Positions 47,094 to 59,359 of a stretch of DNA of 64,000 nucleotides are shown here, piece after piece (the first letter of the stretch is position 1; each line of letters begins with the position of its first letter). The translations under genes and the position numbers were made by a program. Location of the stretch: positions 26,304 to 90,303 of the forward strand of contig NZ_DASZBH010000016.1 of NCBI RefSeq assembly GCF_035944355.1. The letters are read 5' to 3'. A model generated the notes under the pieces. It had not been told where the DNA came from and ran no database searches. It saw nothing but the letters and a program-made list of their open reading frames with translations. The DNA comes from Frateuria sp. (GTDB lineage: Bacteria > Pseudomonadota > Gammaproteobacteria > Xanthomonadales > Rhodanobacteraceae).

Positions 47094-47983
47094 ACGCCCA
47101 GCTTCGCGACTTCCATGCGGACACCTCACCGCTGGCCGTGCACGGCCTGGCCCACGGCTACGAGGGCAGCAACGTGCTCACCGGCGTGGACCTGGCGTTG
47201 GCGCCGGGCAGCGTGCTCGGGCTGATCGGGCGCAACGGCGCGGGCAAGTCGACGCTGATCCGCGCCATGCTCGGCCTGCTCCGGCCGCTGGCGGGCGAGG
47301 CGCGCGTTTTCGGCGAGCCTGCCCATGCGCTCCCCGACGCGGCCAAGGCGCGGCTGGCCTACGTGCCGCAGCAGCCCGAGGCGCTGGCCTGGCTCAGCGC
47401 CGCGCAGATGCTGGATTACGTCGGGCGCTTCTACCCGCGCTGGGACGAGGCCTTTGCCCGCAACACGCTGGCGCGCTGGAGCATCCCCGCCAACAAGCTG
47501 CTGGCCAAGCTCTCGCCGGGCGAGCGCCAGCGGGTGGACCTGATCCGCGCGCTCGCCTCGCAGCCGGACCTGCTGTTGCTGGACGAGCCGGCCGCCGCGC
47601 TGGATCCGGTCGCCCGCCGCGAACTGCTGCGCGAGGTCGCCCTGCGCGCGGGCGAGGCCGGCACCACGGTGTTGTTCTCCACGCACATCGTGTCGGACCT
47701 GGAGCGGGTCGCCTCGGAGGTGGCCTTCCTGCACCGGGGTCGCCTGCTGATCCACTGCGGCGTGGACGAAACCAAGGAGCACTACGCGCGGCTGTGGCTG
47801 CCGGCGCGGCTCTCCGCGGCGGCGCCGGCGCAGGCGCTCAGCCGGCGCCGCCACGAGGACGGCAGCGTGAGCCTGGTGGTCGAACGCGACGCCTCCGGGC
47901 ACTGGCCCGAAGCGGCGCACCTGCCCGGCGCACGCCTCGATGCGCTGGGCCTGGAAGACCTGTTCGTGGAGATCGCCGAGTGA
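47090..47983 (+). CDS. ABC transporter ATP-binding protein
   Basis: ATGA overlap with the CPBP stop. Walker A GRNGAGKST, signature LSPGERQR, Walker B LLLLDEP, H-loop STH. Confidence 0.9.
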   Translation: MNAQLRDFHADTSPLAVHGLAHGYEGSNVLTGVDLALAPGSVLGLIGRNGAGKSTLIRAMLGLLRPLAGEARVFGEPAHALPDAAKARLAYVPQQPEALAWLSAAQMLDYVGRFYPRWDEAFARNTLARWSIPANKLLAKLSPGERQRVDLIRALASQPDLLLLDEPAAALDPVARRELLREVALRAGEAGTTVLFSTHIVSDLERVASEVAFLHRGRLLIHCGVDETKEHYARLWLPARLSAAAPAQALSRRRHEDGSVSLVVERDASGHWPEAAHLPGARLDALGLEDLFVEIAE

Positions 47984-49455
47984 ACGCCGCGACGGTCCTG
48001 CTCTCGCCCTGGCGCGCCTCGCCGGCGTGGACGCGCTGGGGCAGCGTCATCCTCGGCGCCGGCCTGCTGCTCGTCACGTTGCTGCTGGCCATCTTCATGC
48101 GCCCGGACAGCTGGGCGATGGCTGCCGGGAGCGTGGTCGGCTTCGGCGAGTTCTTCCTGGGGATGTTCCTGTTGGCGCCTGCCCTGCTGCTGGCGGTCGA
48201 TGGGCGGCAATTGCGCGTGCCCGGCCTGCAGCGTGCCGCCCTGGCCGGGGTCGCATGGCTGGGGCTGGGCCTGATCATGGTGCCGGCAGCCCTGCTTCGC
48301 CTGGCCGGCGGGCATGGCACGGTGATCGCCGGCCTGCTGGCGCTGGCGCTCTGCGGCGGCCTGCTGATGGGTCTGCTGCCACGCATGCTGAGCGCGTTCG
48401 TCGGCCTGTTGCCGATGACCTTCAATGCCCTGCGGCCGCATGTGGACCTGCCTGCGCCGGGCCAGCCCGGCTTCCTGACGCTGGTGGCTGCCGCGGTGGC
48501 ATCGATGCTGCTGCTCTGCGCGCTGTGCTGGTGGCGCCAGCTGCGCGCGGCCGATCCGTACCGGCAAGGCTGGATGCAGCCGATGGTGCTGCAGTTCCGG
48601 CGCGCGGGACGCGCCGGCAGCTGGCACGGCTTCGCCGGCGGCCTGCCGGACAGCGCCCAGCAGATCCGCCAGCAGCCGGACTGGATGCGCCCGATGATCG
48701 ACCTGGGGCCCAGTGGGCCGGAGCGGCCACGCTACAGCCTGCGCGTGGCGATCGGCGGCATGTTCGTGCCCATGACCTTCGCCGGGCGCGCTCGCCAGCT
48801 GGCCGTGGCCGTGCTGCCGAGCGTGCTGGTGATCGGCCTGGTGCTGCTCCAGGCCGGTCAACGGCACGGCGGCTTCAGTTGGGCCATGCTCACTCCATGG
48901 GCCGGCATGTTCGCCTGGTTCGGCGGCTTCATCGGCCTGCTGATCGTCCTGCTGGCGGTGATGCAGCTGGGCCAGCGCTGGCAGAAGGACAATGCGGAGC
49001 TGCCGCTGCTGGCGCTGCTGCCGGGCCTGGGCGCGCCGGCACGGTTGCGGCGCGACCTGCTGGCGGCCAGCCTGCTGCCCGGCGCGGGCGTGCAGTTGCT
49101 GCTGCTGGCCGCGTTGGCGGCGCTGGCGTGGTACGCGCACATGGGCTGGCCGGCCGTGCTGGCGGTGCTGCTCGCGCAGGCGATCGGCATCGGCGTGCTG
49201 GTGGCCTTCACCCTGGCGATCATCGGCGGCCGGCCCTTGCCGGGCTGGGGCACCGGAACGCTCAGCGTCGCCTGCTTCGTCGTCACCGCATGCGGGCTGT
49301 CGTTCGCGCTGTTGGACAGAAGCGCGCACGGCATCCTGCTGCTCGTCGCGGCATCGGCCTGGGCGGTACTCGCGCTGGTGCTGGCGTGGCTCGGCTGGCG
49401 GGGCTGGCGCGGCTTGCAGGATCGCCCGCATCCCTTCCTGTCCAACGCTGGATGA
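47980..49455 (+). CDS. polytopic membrane protein, putative non-canonical permease partner of the ABC ATPase
   Basis: GTG at 47980 overlaps the ATPase stop (GTGA). 491 aa, with two clusters of TM helices separated by a charged ~70-aa loop. No family motif recognised. Confidence 0.72.
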   Translation: MNAATVLLSPWRASPAWTRWGSVILGAGLLLVTLLLAIFMRPDSWAMAAGSVVGFGEFFLGMFLLAPALLLAVDGRQLRVPGLQRAALAGVAWLGLGLIMVPAALLRLAGGHGTVIAGLLALALCGGLLMGLLPRMLSAFVGLLPMTFNALRPHVDLPAPGQPGFLTLVAAAVASMLLLCALCWWRQLRAADPYRQGWMQPMVLQFRRAGRAGSWHGFAGGLPDSAQQIRQQPDWMRPMIDLGPSGPERPRYSLRVAIGGMFVPMTFAGRARQLAVAVLPSVLVIGLVLLQAGQRHGGFSWAMLTPWAGMFAWFGGFIGLLIVLLAVMQLGQRWQKDNAELPLLALLPGLGAPARLRRDLLAASLLPGAGVQLLLLAALAALAWYAHMGWPAVLAVLLAQAIGIGVLVAFTLAIIGGRPLPGWGTGTLSVACFVVTACGLSFALLDRSAHGILLLVAASAWAVLALVLAWLGWRGWRGLQDRPHPFLSNAG

Positions 49456-49486
49456 GGCGATCGGCTGGAAGTCGCATCCCCAGGCG

Positions 49487-49843
49487 ATGGAGCGCTGGCT
49501 GTGGATCGGCTGGTCGGCCACGCGCCCGCTGCGGCCCGGGCAGCCGATGCGCAGCCATGGCCTGGGCTACGCGGAGTCGGAACGGCTGATCCGTCACCAC
49601 ACCCTGTTGCAGGCGCACCGCTGCGGCTGGATCGGGATGGCAGGCCTGGCAGCGCTGGCGGCGCGGCTACTGTGCGCGTTTGCCGATCCGGCGGTGCCCG
49701 CATGGCTGGGACGGGTGCTGCCCGGTTGCGCCACGCTCTGCACCGGCCTGCGCCTCATTCAGGTCCAGCGCGCCGCGCGCCCGCGGATCCTGCGCGACGC
49801 CGATGCGTTGCGCGACGGCCGGCGTACTGCCGCGCCCCGTTGA
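49487..49843 (+). CDS. possible 118-aa hypothetical protein
   Basis: ATG at 49487, 32 nt after the permease stop. By my codon-by-codon reading, third positions are nearly all G/C. One hydrophobic stretch (WIGMAGLAALAARLLCAF). No homology recognised. Confidence 0.4.
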   Translation: MERWLWIGWSATRPLRPGQPMRSHGLGYAESERLIRHHTLLQAHRCGWIGMAGLAALAARLLCAFADPAVPAWLGRVLPGCATLCTGLRLIQVQRAARPRILRDADALRDGRRTAAPR

Positions 49844-49899
49844 CGCACTGTTGCCGCCCGCCGCTCCATGCTGTGGCAAAGCGTTGGAGCCGCGAAGGC

Positions 49900-51585
49900 G
49901 TGAACGAAGCCAGCCGTCTGTCCCGCTACGCCCGGATCGGTGCGTTCCTGCTGCGCTACCGCAAGGCGGGATTGTTCAGCGGGCTGGATCTGGACATCCA
50001 AGAGGCGGCCCTGGCCGGCGAGACCGAGGCGGCCAAGCCGGGCCAACCCGAACAGTTCGTCGACGAGTTGGAGGCGCTCGGCCCTACCTTCATCAAGGTC
50101 GGCCAGGCCCTGTCGACCCGGCCGGACATGGTGCCGGCACCCTACATCGCGGCGCTGGAGCGCATGCAGGACGACGTGGCGCCAGTGCCGGTGGCGCAGG
50201 TGCGCGAGATCATCGAGGCGGAGCTGGGCGCGCGCATCGGCACGCTGTTCGCGAGCTTCGACGACGAGCCGCTGGCCGCCGGTTCGGTGGCGCAGGTGCA
50301 TGCGGCCACGCTGCGCGGCGGGCGCGAGGTGGTGCTCAAGGTGCAGCGCCCGCACATCGCCCAGACCCTGCGCGAGGATTTGGCGATCCTGGAGAAGCTC
50401 GCCGGCGCCGCCGACCGCATGACCGACGTGGGCCGCCGTTACGGCTTCGTCGGCCTGGTCAGCGAGCTTCGCCACAGCCTGGCCAGCGAGATCAACTTCG
50501 AACTGGAGGCGGAGAACCTGCGCCGCTTCGCCGAGAATCTGCGTGGCTACGACAGGCTCTACGTGCCGCTGCCGCTGGCCGACCTCACCACCACCCGCGT
50601 GCTGACCATGCAGCGCGTGCGCGGCATCAAGGTCACCCACATCCCGCCGCTGCGGCGCATCGAGCATCCGCTGCACGAGCAGGCGCGCGAGCTGCTGCGG
50701 GCCTACCTCGACCAGGTGTTCGTGCATGGCCTGGTGCACGCCGACCCGCACCCGGGCAACGTGCTGCTGATGGAGGACCACCGCCTGGCGCTGTTCGACC
50801 TGGGGATGGTGGTGCGGCTGGTGCCGCGCACGCGCCACCGGCTGCTCAAGCTGATGCTGGGCGCGATCTCCGGCAACGGCGACCAGGTCGGCGAGATCAG
50901 CGAGACCATGGGCACCGCGCTGGAGGACTTCCGCCACAGCCAGTACAAGCGCCAGGTCGAACAGCTGGTGGCCAGCTACGTGGGCCTGCACAACTCCAGC
51001 CGGCAATTCTCCGAAGGGCGGCTGGTGCTGGAGCTGGCGCGCGTGGGTGCGTCCTGCGGGCTGCGGCCGCCGGCCGAGCTCTCCATCCTGGGCAAGACCC
51101 TGCTCAACCTCGAGGCGGTCACCAGCGCGCTCGACCCGACCATCGACACCCGCCGCGTGGTCGAGCAGCACCTGCAGCAGGTGCTGCGGCGGCAGGCGCT
51201 GGGCACGCTCTCGCCGGCCAACCTCGCCAGCGAATGGCTGGACGTACAGGAGCTGGCCCGGCACACGCCGCAGCACGTGGCGTCGATCCTGCGCACGCTG
51301 GCGCAGAACCGCCTGCGCGTGCGCGTGGACGGGCTGGAAGAATCGCACATGATGGAAAGCCTGCAGAAGATCGCCAACCGCATCAGCACGGGGGTGATCG
51401 TCGCCGCGCTGGTGATCGGCTCGGCGCTGACCGCACGCATGACCAGCGGCCCGACGCTGTTCGGCCTGCCGATCCTGTCGATGCTGTTCATCGTCGCGGC
51501 CGTGGCGCTGGGTCTGGGCCTGATCCTCAGCGCGCTGCGGCGCGACGGCAAGGTGGAGCGGGCGGCGAACCGGCCGCCGGATTGA
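49900..51585 (+). CDS. ABC1/UbiB-family atypical protein kinase
   Basis: GTG at 49900 (VNEASRLSRYARIG...). Family motifs GPTFIKVGQALSTRPDMVP, FDDEPLAAGSVAQVHAA, VLKVQRP, HADPHPGNVLL. C-terminal TM helices. Confidence 0.85.
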   Translation: MNEASRLSRYARIGAFLLRYRKAGLFSGLDLDIQEAALAGETEAAKPGQPEQFVDELEALGPTFIKVGQALSTRPDMVPAPYIAALERMQDDVAPVPVAQVREIIEAELGARIGTLFASFDDEPLAAGSVAQVHAATLRGGREVVLKVQRPHIAQTLREDLAILEKLAGAADRMTDVGRRYGFVGLVSELRHSLASEINFELEAENLRRFAENLRGYDRLYVPLPLADLTTTRVLTMQRVRGIKVTHIPPLRRIEHPLHEQARELLRAYLDQVFVHGLVHADPHPGNVLLMEDHRLALFDLGMVVRLVPRTRHRLLKLMLGAISGNGDQVGEISETMGTALEDFRHSQYKRQVEQLVASYVGLHNSSRQFSEGRLVLELARVGASCGLRPPAELSILGKTLLNLEAVTSALDPTIDTRRVVEQHLQQVLRRQALGTLSPANLASEWLDVQELARHTPQHVASILRTLAQNRLRVRVDGLEESHMMESLQKIANRISTGVIVAALVIGSALTARMTSGPTLFGLPILSMLFIVAAVALGLGLILSALRRDGKVERAANRPPD

Positions 51586-51624
51586 TGCGGGCGATCGAGG
51601 CCATCGCGGATGGAGCAGCCGCGC

Positions 51625-52719
51625 CTAGAACAGCACCCCTTGCGGCGACGCCTCGCGCGGCGGCACGAAGCGCGAGGCATCGAGCTTGAGGTCGCGCGCG
51701 CGGCCGAAACCGTGTTTGCGGCAGGCCACTTCGAAGCGCCGCCTGAGCAGCTGCGCGAACACGCCCTGCCCGCGCATGCGCGTGCGGAAGTCGCTGTCGT
51801 AGTCGCGCCCGCCGTTCATCTGCTGGATCAGGCTCATCACGTGGCTCGCCCGCTGCGGCGCGTGCAATGCCAGCCATTCGCGGAACAGCGTCTTCAGTTC
51901 GTAGGGCAGCCGCACCACGGTGTAGCCGGCGCAGCGCGCGCCGGCGGCATGGGCCTGCTCGAGCACCGCTTCCAGGTCGGCGTCGTTGAGCGCGGGGATG
52001 ATCGGCGCGACCAGCACGCCTACCGGGATACCCGCCTCGCTGAGCGCGTGAATCGCCCGGATGCGCCGGTGCGGCGCGCTGGCGCGCGGTTCAAGCTTGG
52101 CGGCCAGCTGGTTGTCCAAGGAGTTCACCGAGACGAACACCTGCACCAGGTGCTCGCGCGCCATCGCCGCGAGCAGGTCGATGTCGCGCTCGATGAGCGC
52201 GTTCTTGGTGACGATCGTGCACGGATGGCGGCACTCGGCCAGCAGTTCCAGCGCCGCGCGGGTCAGCCGCCAGCGCTTCTCCACCGGCTGGTAGGGATCG
52301 GTGTTGCTGCCGATGTTGATCGGGCTGGGCACGTAGCCGCGCCGGGAGAGCTCTGCGCGCAGCACCTGGGCGAGGTTGCTCTTGGCGCGCAGGCGCGTCT
52401 CGAAGTCGAGCCCGGGCGAGAGGTTGAGGTAGCTGTGCGAGGGCCGAGCGTAGCAATAGATGCACCCGTGCTCGCATCCGCGATAGGGGTTGATCGCCTG
52501 GTCGAAGCCGATGTCGGGCGAGTCGTTGCGGCTGATCACGCTGCGCGCGCGTTCCTCGGTCACTTCCGTGCGCGGGCGTGGTGCGTCCTGGTCCAGCAGC
52601 AGGCTCTGCCAGCCGTCGTCCTCGGCCTGGTGGCGCATGGTCTCGAAGCGCCCCTCCGGATTGGAGGCGGCGCCGCGGCCCTTGCGGGCGTAGGGGACGG
52701 TCGGATCGGTCGGCTGCAT
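51625..52719 (-). CDS. PA0069-family radical SAM protein
   Basis: N-terminal YARKGRGAASNPEGRF. Radical SAM cluster motif CEHGCIYCYA. Confidence 0.88.
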   Translation of the reverse strand: MQPTDPTVPYARKGRGAASNPEGRFETMRHQAEDDGWQSLLLDQDAPRPRTEVTEERARSVISRNDSPDIGFDQAINPYRGCEHGCIYCYARPSHSYLNLSPGLDFETRLRAKSNLAQVLRAELSRRGYVPSPINIGSNTDPYQPVEKRWRLTRAALELLAECRHPCTIVTKNALIERDIDLLAAMAREHLVQVFVSVNSLDNQLAAKLEPRASAPHRRIRAIHALSEAGIPVGVLVAPIIPALNDADLEAVLEQAHAAGARCAGYTVVRLPYELKTLFREWLALHAPQRASHVMSLIQQMNGGRDYDSDFRTRMRGQGVFAQLLRRRFEVACRKHGFGRARDLKLDASRFVPPREASPQGVLF

Positions 52720-52984
52720 GCGGCAAGCCTACCCCGCGGGCGTCTCACCGCTTGCGGCTGCGGATCGGCGCTTTTTTCCGCTGGGAGAAGGGCAAGGCTA
52801 GTCGCGCCAGTGCAGATGCCACCTCTCGGGCGGGCGGACCGCTCCCGCACCGGAATCATCCGCGGCACCGGCATCCGGTCGACCAAAGACGCAGCCCCTG
52901 CCGTGCAGGCGCACGCGCGCGGCTACACTCGAACCGATGCCGGCCAGCCCGGCTCCTTCCACGCAGCCGCAGGAGAGCCCTTCC

Positions 52985-54925
<1,941 letters not shown>

Positions 54926-55057
54926 CCGCCCGGACACGACGGCAAGGCTGCATGCCAGCGTGACCGACGGACACGCGTTCGGCCCTACCCCGCGGATCCC
55001 TCTTGCCTGCGCGGTGCCGGCTTGTGCCGGACGGCGCCGGCCCGGCACCATGCATCG

Positions 55058-55693
55058 ATGAATCTTGCCGACGGGACGCCACTGGCGAAAGTAGCAGAGC
55101 ACCTGCGCGATGACGAGGTGCACGTCTGGCGGTTGCCCTTCACGCCGGCGCAGGGACGCGCACCGCTGCTCGCGCTGCTCGGCGCCTACCTCGGCCGCGA
55201 TGCCGGATCGGTGCGGCTGGTCAGTGGGGAATACGGCCGCCCGGCGCTGGCCGAAGCCTCGGCGCTCGACTTCAACTGGTCGCACAGCGGCTCCCTCGCC
55301 CTCGCAGCGCTGGCGCGCGGAACGGCACCGGGCATCGACGTCGAACGGGTGCGGCCGCGGCCGCGCGCGTGGGCGCTGGCCCAGCGCTACTTCACGCCGG
55401 CCGAGGTCGCGGCGCTTTCCCGGCTCGCGCCGGATGAACGCGAAGCCGCCTTTCTGCGTCTATGGACCGCCAAGGAAGCGGTGCTCAAGGCCATGGGCCG
55501 TGGCCTGGCGTTCGGCCTGCATCGGCTGGATATCGAGTGCGACGTCGGCATGCCCCGGCTGCGCGCCCTCGAGGGGGACGATGCGGCCCGATGGCAGTTG
55601 CATGCGCTGCCGGCCGGGGAGGATTGCGTGGCCACGCTTGCCTGGCGGGGCGAGGCGCGCCAGGTGCGTCTGTGGTCGCTGGCCGCGGGCTGA
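55058..55693 (+). CDS. 4'-phosphopantetheinyl transferase (Sfp/EntD type)
   Basis: ATG at 55058. Motifs GRPAL...[24 protein letters not shown]. Confidence 0.8.
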   Translation: MNLADGTPLAKVAEHLRDDEVHVWRLPFTPAQGRAPLLALLGAYLGRDAGSVRLVSGEYGRPALAEASALDFNWSHSGSLALAALARGTAPGIDVERVRPRPRAWALAQRYFTPAEVAALSRLAPDEREAAFLRLWTAKEAVLKAMGRGLAFGLHRLDIECDVGMPRLRALEGDDAARWQLHALPAGEDCVATLAWRGEARQVRLWSLAAG

Positions 55694-55931
55694 AGGCGGC
55701 ACCCCCAGCCGGCGCACCGAATTCGCGGCCCGCCGGCCACCACGCAACCTTGGGAGGCGCCATGGCCAGCGGCCGACCGGCTCGCGGTCAATGCGACGGG
55801 GCTTGTGGCAACGGCGGCATGCGTGCCGGACGCATCCCGCACGCCGGCTCGTCAGCCTCCTGCTTGCCCGCACGTCGCGTTCGTCGCATTGTTGGTGGCC
55901 CACTGTGGCGTTCGTCCAAGGACTGCGGCCC

Positions 55932-56675
55932 ATGACCCTGCTCAGCGTCAACCTCAACAAGATCGCGGTGCTGCGCAACTCGCGCGGCGGCAGCGAACCG
56001 GACATCCTGCGCGCGGCGCAGACCTGCATCGAAGCCGGCTGCGGCGGCATCACCGTGCATCCGCGGCCGGACCTGCGCCATGTGCGTCCGGACGACGTGC
56101 GCGCGCTGGCAGCGATGCTGCGGGGCCGGGTCGAGTACAACATCGAAGGCAATCCGTTCGCGCCGGCGCGTGGCGCATACCCCGGGCTGGTCGCGCTCGC
56201 CCGCGAAACGCGCCCGAGCCAGGTTACCCTGGTGCCCGACAGCGATGGCCAGATCACTTCCGACCACGGTTTCGACCTGGCCGCGGACTGCGAGCGGCTG
56301 CGTCCACTGGTGGCCGAGCTGCGCGCGCTCGGCTGCCGCGTGAGCCTGTTCGTCGATGCCGGCACGCAGGATTTCGCGCCGGCGGTGGCGATCGGTGCGG
56401 AACGCATCGAGATCTACACCGGCCCCTATGCCGAGGCTTTTGCCGAAGGGGATGCGCGCGCCGCGCTGGCCGCCTGTGCCGACACGGCTAGGCGGGCGCA
56501 GCAGGCAGGCCTGGCGGTGAACGCGGGCCACGACCTCAACCAGGCCAACCTGGGCGGCTTCAAGGCGGCCATACCGGGGCTGGCGGAAGTATCGATCGGC
56601 CACGCGCTGATCGGCGAGGCGCTCTACGACGGGCTGGCGCCTACGGTGCGGCGTTACCTGCAGATCCTGCGCTGA
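55932..56675 (+). CDS. pdxJ: pyridoxine 5'-phosphate synthase
   Basis: ATG at 55932 ([20 protein letters not shown]...). Motifs [20 protein letters not shown]. Confidence 0.9.
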   Translation: MTLLSVNLNKIAVLRNSRGGSEPDILRAAQTCIEAGCGGITVHPRPDLRHVRPDDVRALAAMLRGRVEYNIEGNPFAPARGAYPGLVALARETRPSQVTLVPDSDGQITSDHGFDLAADCERLRPLVAELRALGCRVSLFVDAGTQDFAPAVAIGAERIEIYTGPYAEAFAEGDARAALAACADTARRAQQAGLAVNAGHDLNQANLGGFKAAIPGLAEVSIGHALIGEALYDGLAPTVRRYLQILR

Positions 56676-56784
56676 GCATCGGCCGGAAAGCCGGGCCGCC
56701 CCGCCTGGGGCCACGCAGGCTCGTGTGCCCGGTTGCGAAGCCGCTTTCTCCATTCCCCACGAGGTCTTTCGGGTCCACAAAGCA

Positions 56785-56808
56785 AAACCCCCGCTTGCGC
56801 GGGGGTTT
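56785..56808. terminator. bidirectional rho-independent terminator between pdxJ and exbD
   Basis: AAACCCCCGC-TTGC-GCGGGGGTTT. A 10-bp G/C-rich stem flanked by an A-run and a T-run, in the gap between convergent genes. Confidence 0.7.
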
Positions 56809-56838
56809 GCCGGTAGTGTCAAGCGATCCGCCTGAGGA

Positions 56839-57246
56839 TCACTGTCCCTCGGTAAAGCCGATCTTGGTCAGGCCGTAGCTCTTGGCGTCGGCCAGCACGC
56901 GTGCGACCGCCTCGTAAGCCACGCCGTCGTCCGCGTTGATCTGCAGCTCCGGCTGGTTGGTCTGCTGGGCGATCACCGCGATCTGGGCCTTCAGGCCCAG
57001 TTCGTCCACCGGGGTATCGTTCCAGTACAGCGCGCCGGTGCGGTCGATCTTCAACCGGATCGGTTCCAGCGGGTTTTCGGGTTGGACGATGTTGGGGTTC
57101 GGCTGCGGCAGGTCGACCTTCACCTTGTGGGTGAGCATCGGCGCCGTGATCATGAAGATGATCAAGAGCACCAGCATCACGTCGACCAGCGGCGTGACGT
57201 TGATGTCGGCCATCGGGCCGCTGGTGTTTCCGGAACTGAAAGCCAT
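56839..57246 (-). CDS. exbD: ExbD/TolR biopolymer transport protein (second copy)
   Basis: INVTPLVDVMLVLLIIFMITAP motif. 135 aa. Last gene of the tonB-exbB-exbD-exbD cluster. Confidence 0.9.
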   Translation of the reverse strand: MAFSSGNTSGPMADINVTPLVDVMLVLLIIFMITAPMLTHKVKVDLPQPNPNIVQPENPLEPIRLKIDRTGALYWNDTPVDELGLKAQIAVIAQQTNQPELQINADDGVAYEAVARVLADAKSYGLTKIGFTEGQ

Positions 57247-57250
57247 CGTC

Positions 57251-57664
57251 TTACTCCTTGCCGGTCGTCATGAAACCGACATGGACCATGCCTGCCGCCT
57301 TCGCGTCGCCGAGGATCTTGCGGACATACCGGTATTCGGTGTCCTTGTCGGCGCGAAGCTGGATTTCCGGCTGCGGCGTCTTGGACGCCGCCACCGCGAA
57401 CTGTGCCTTCAACTCCGCCTCGGTCACCTCGGCGTCGTTGAGGTACATGCTGCCGTCTTGCTTCAACGCCACGTCCATCGGCTCGACGTATCCGCTGTCA
57501 GGCGTCTTGGGGTTGGCATTGGGCAACGGCACGGTGATCCGGTGCGACATCAGGGGTGCCGTAATCATGAAGATGATCAGCAGCACCAGCATCACGTCGA
57601 CCAGCGGCGTGACGTTGATCTCCGACATCGGTCCGCCGGAATTGCCTCCGGTACTCATCGCCAT
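57251..57664 (-). CDS. exbD: ExbD/TolR biopolymer transport protein (first copy)
   Basis: INVTPLVDVMLVLLIIFMITAP motif. 137 aa. Confidence 0.9.
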   Translation of the reverse strand: MAMSTGGNSGGPMSEINVTPLVDVMLVLLIIFMITAPLMSHRITVPLPNANPKTPDSGYVEPMDVALKQDGSMYLNDAEVTEAELKAQFAVAASKTPQPEIQLRADKDTEYRYVRKILGDAKAAGMVHVGFMTTGKE

Positions 57665-57675
57665 GGCTCAAGCCC

Positions 57676-58446
57676 TCACTTCTGGGTCGGCGCCACGCCT
57701 TCGACACGCGAACCGGTGGCGAAGAAGTCGTGCAGGTCGTGCGCGAACTCGTCGAACTGCGCATAGGTCATGCGGTTCGAACGGTTGAAGAAGTTGTACG
57801 CGAGCACGGCCGGGATCGCGGTGAACAGACCGAACGCGGTCATGATCAGCGCCTCACCCACCGGGCCGGCGACCGCTTCCATCGAGGCGTTGCCGGAAGC
57901 GGAGATCTTGATCAGCGCGTGGTAGATGCCCCACACGGTACCGAGCAGACCGATGAACGGCGCCGAGGAACCGACGGTGGCGAGCAAGGTCATGCCGCCT
58001 TCCAGGCGCAGGCTCTCGCGGGCCACGGCCTGGCGCAGGGCGCGGTCGATGAACTCCGAGCGGCTCAGCGATTCGGCCAGGCGACCGCCGCCGACGGCAG
58101 CAGCCGTGGCCTGCTGGTGGTGGGCCACCGCGGAGGCGGCGTCCAGCGCGATCTTCGAGAAGGGTTCGCCCTTGGGCTGGGCTTCCAGCTCACGGATCGC
58201 TTCCTGGGTCGAGGTGGTGCCCCAGAAACCCTGGATCACCTTCTCGGCGCGGGAACGGACCATCGCGTTGCGGATGGCGTTGGCGATGATGAAGTACCAG
58301 GAGGCGAACGACATCACCACGAGGGTGATGAAGACGATCCAGCCCAGCGGGTCGAAGTTGTGGATCAGGTCCCCGAAGCCCATGTGCTTCATGGCTTCGG
58401 CGTTGGAGGTGCCGCCCTGGGCCGGTGCAGTTTGTAGGAACATCAT
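57676..58446 (-). CDS. exbB: ExbB (MotA/TolQ/ExbB proton channel)
   Basis: Three-TM profile. Conserved LATVGSSAPFIGLLGTVWGI and VGEALIMTAFGL segments. Confidence 0.9.
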   Translation of the reverse strand: MMFLQTAPAQGGTSNAEAMKHMGFGDLIHNFDPLGWIVFITLVVMSFASWYFIIANAIRNAMVRSRAEKVIQGFWGTTSTQEAIRELEAQPKGEPFSKIALDAASAVAHHQQATAAAVGGGRLAESLSRSEFIDRALRQAVARESLRLEGGMTLLATVGSSAPFIGLLGTVWGIYHALIKISASGNASMEAVAGPVGEALIMTAFGLFTAIPAVLAYNFFNRSNRMTYAQFDEFAHDLHDFFATGSRVEGVAPTQK

Positions 58447-58497
58447 GACGCTACCTTTTAGAGATGTCAGGCGTGAACTGGTGGACTGTAATGAGGG

Positions 58498-59157
<660 letters not shown>

Positions 59158-59359
59158 CTGTCACTTTACTGGAGCTAGTCAATCGGAATGACGTGGTCGC
59201 AGCGTCGATCGGCAAATCTCGCCCGATAGGGTGACATTTGCCACTGGACATGCGCGGGAAAGGGTTCTCAACGGTACAACAGGCCATGGCGTTTGTATAG
59301 CACCCGTGAGGCCGGCAGATGGACATCCATCCGACCTCGCGGGCGAGCGCCAGGCCGGC

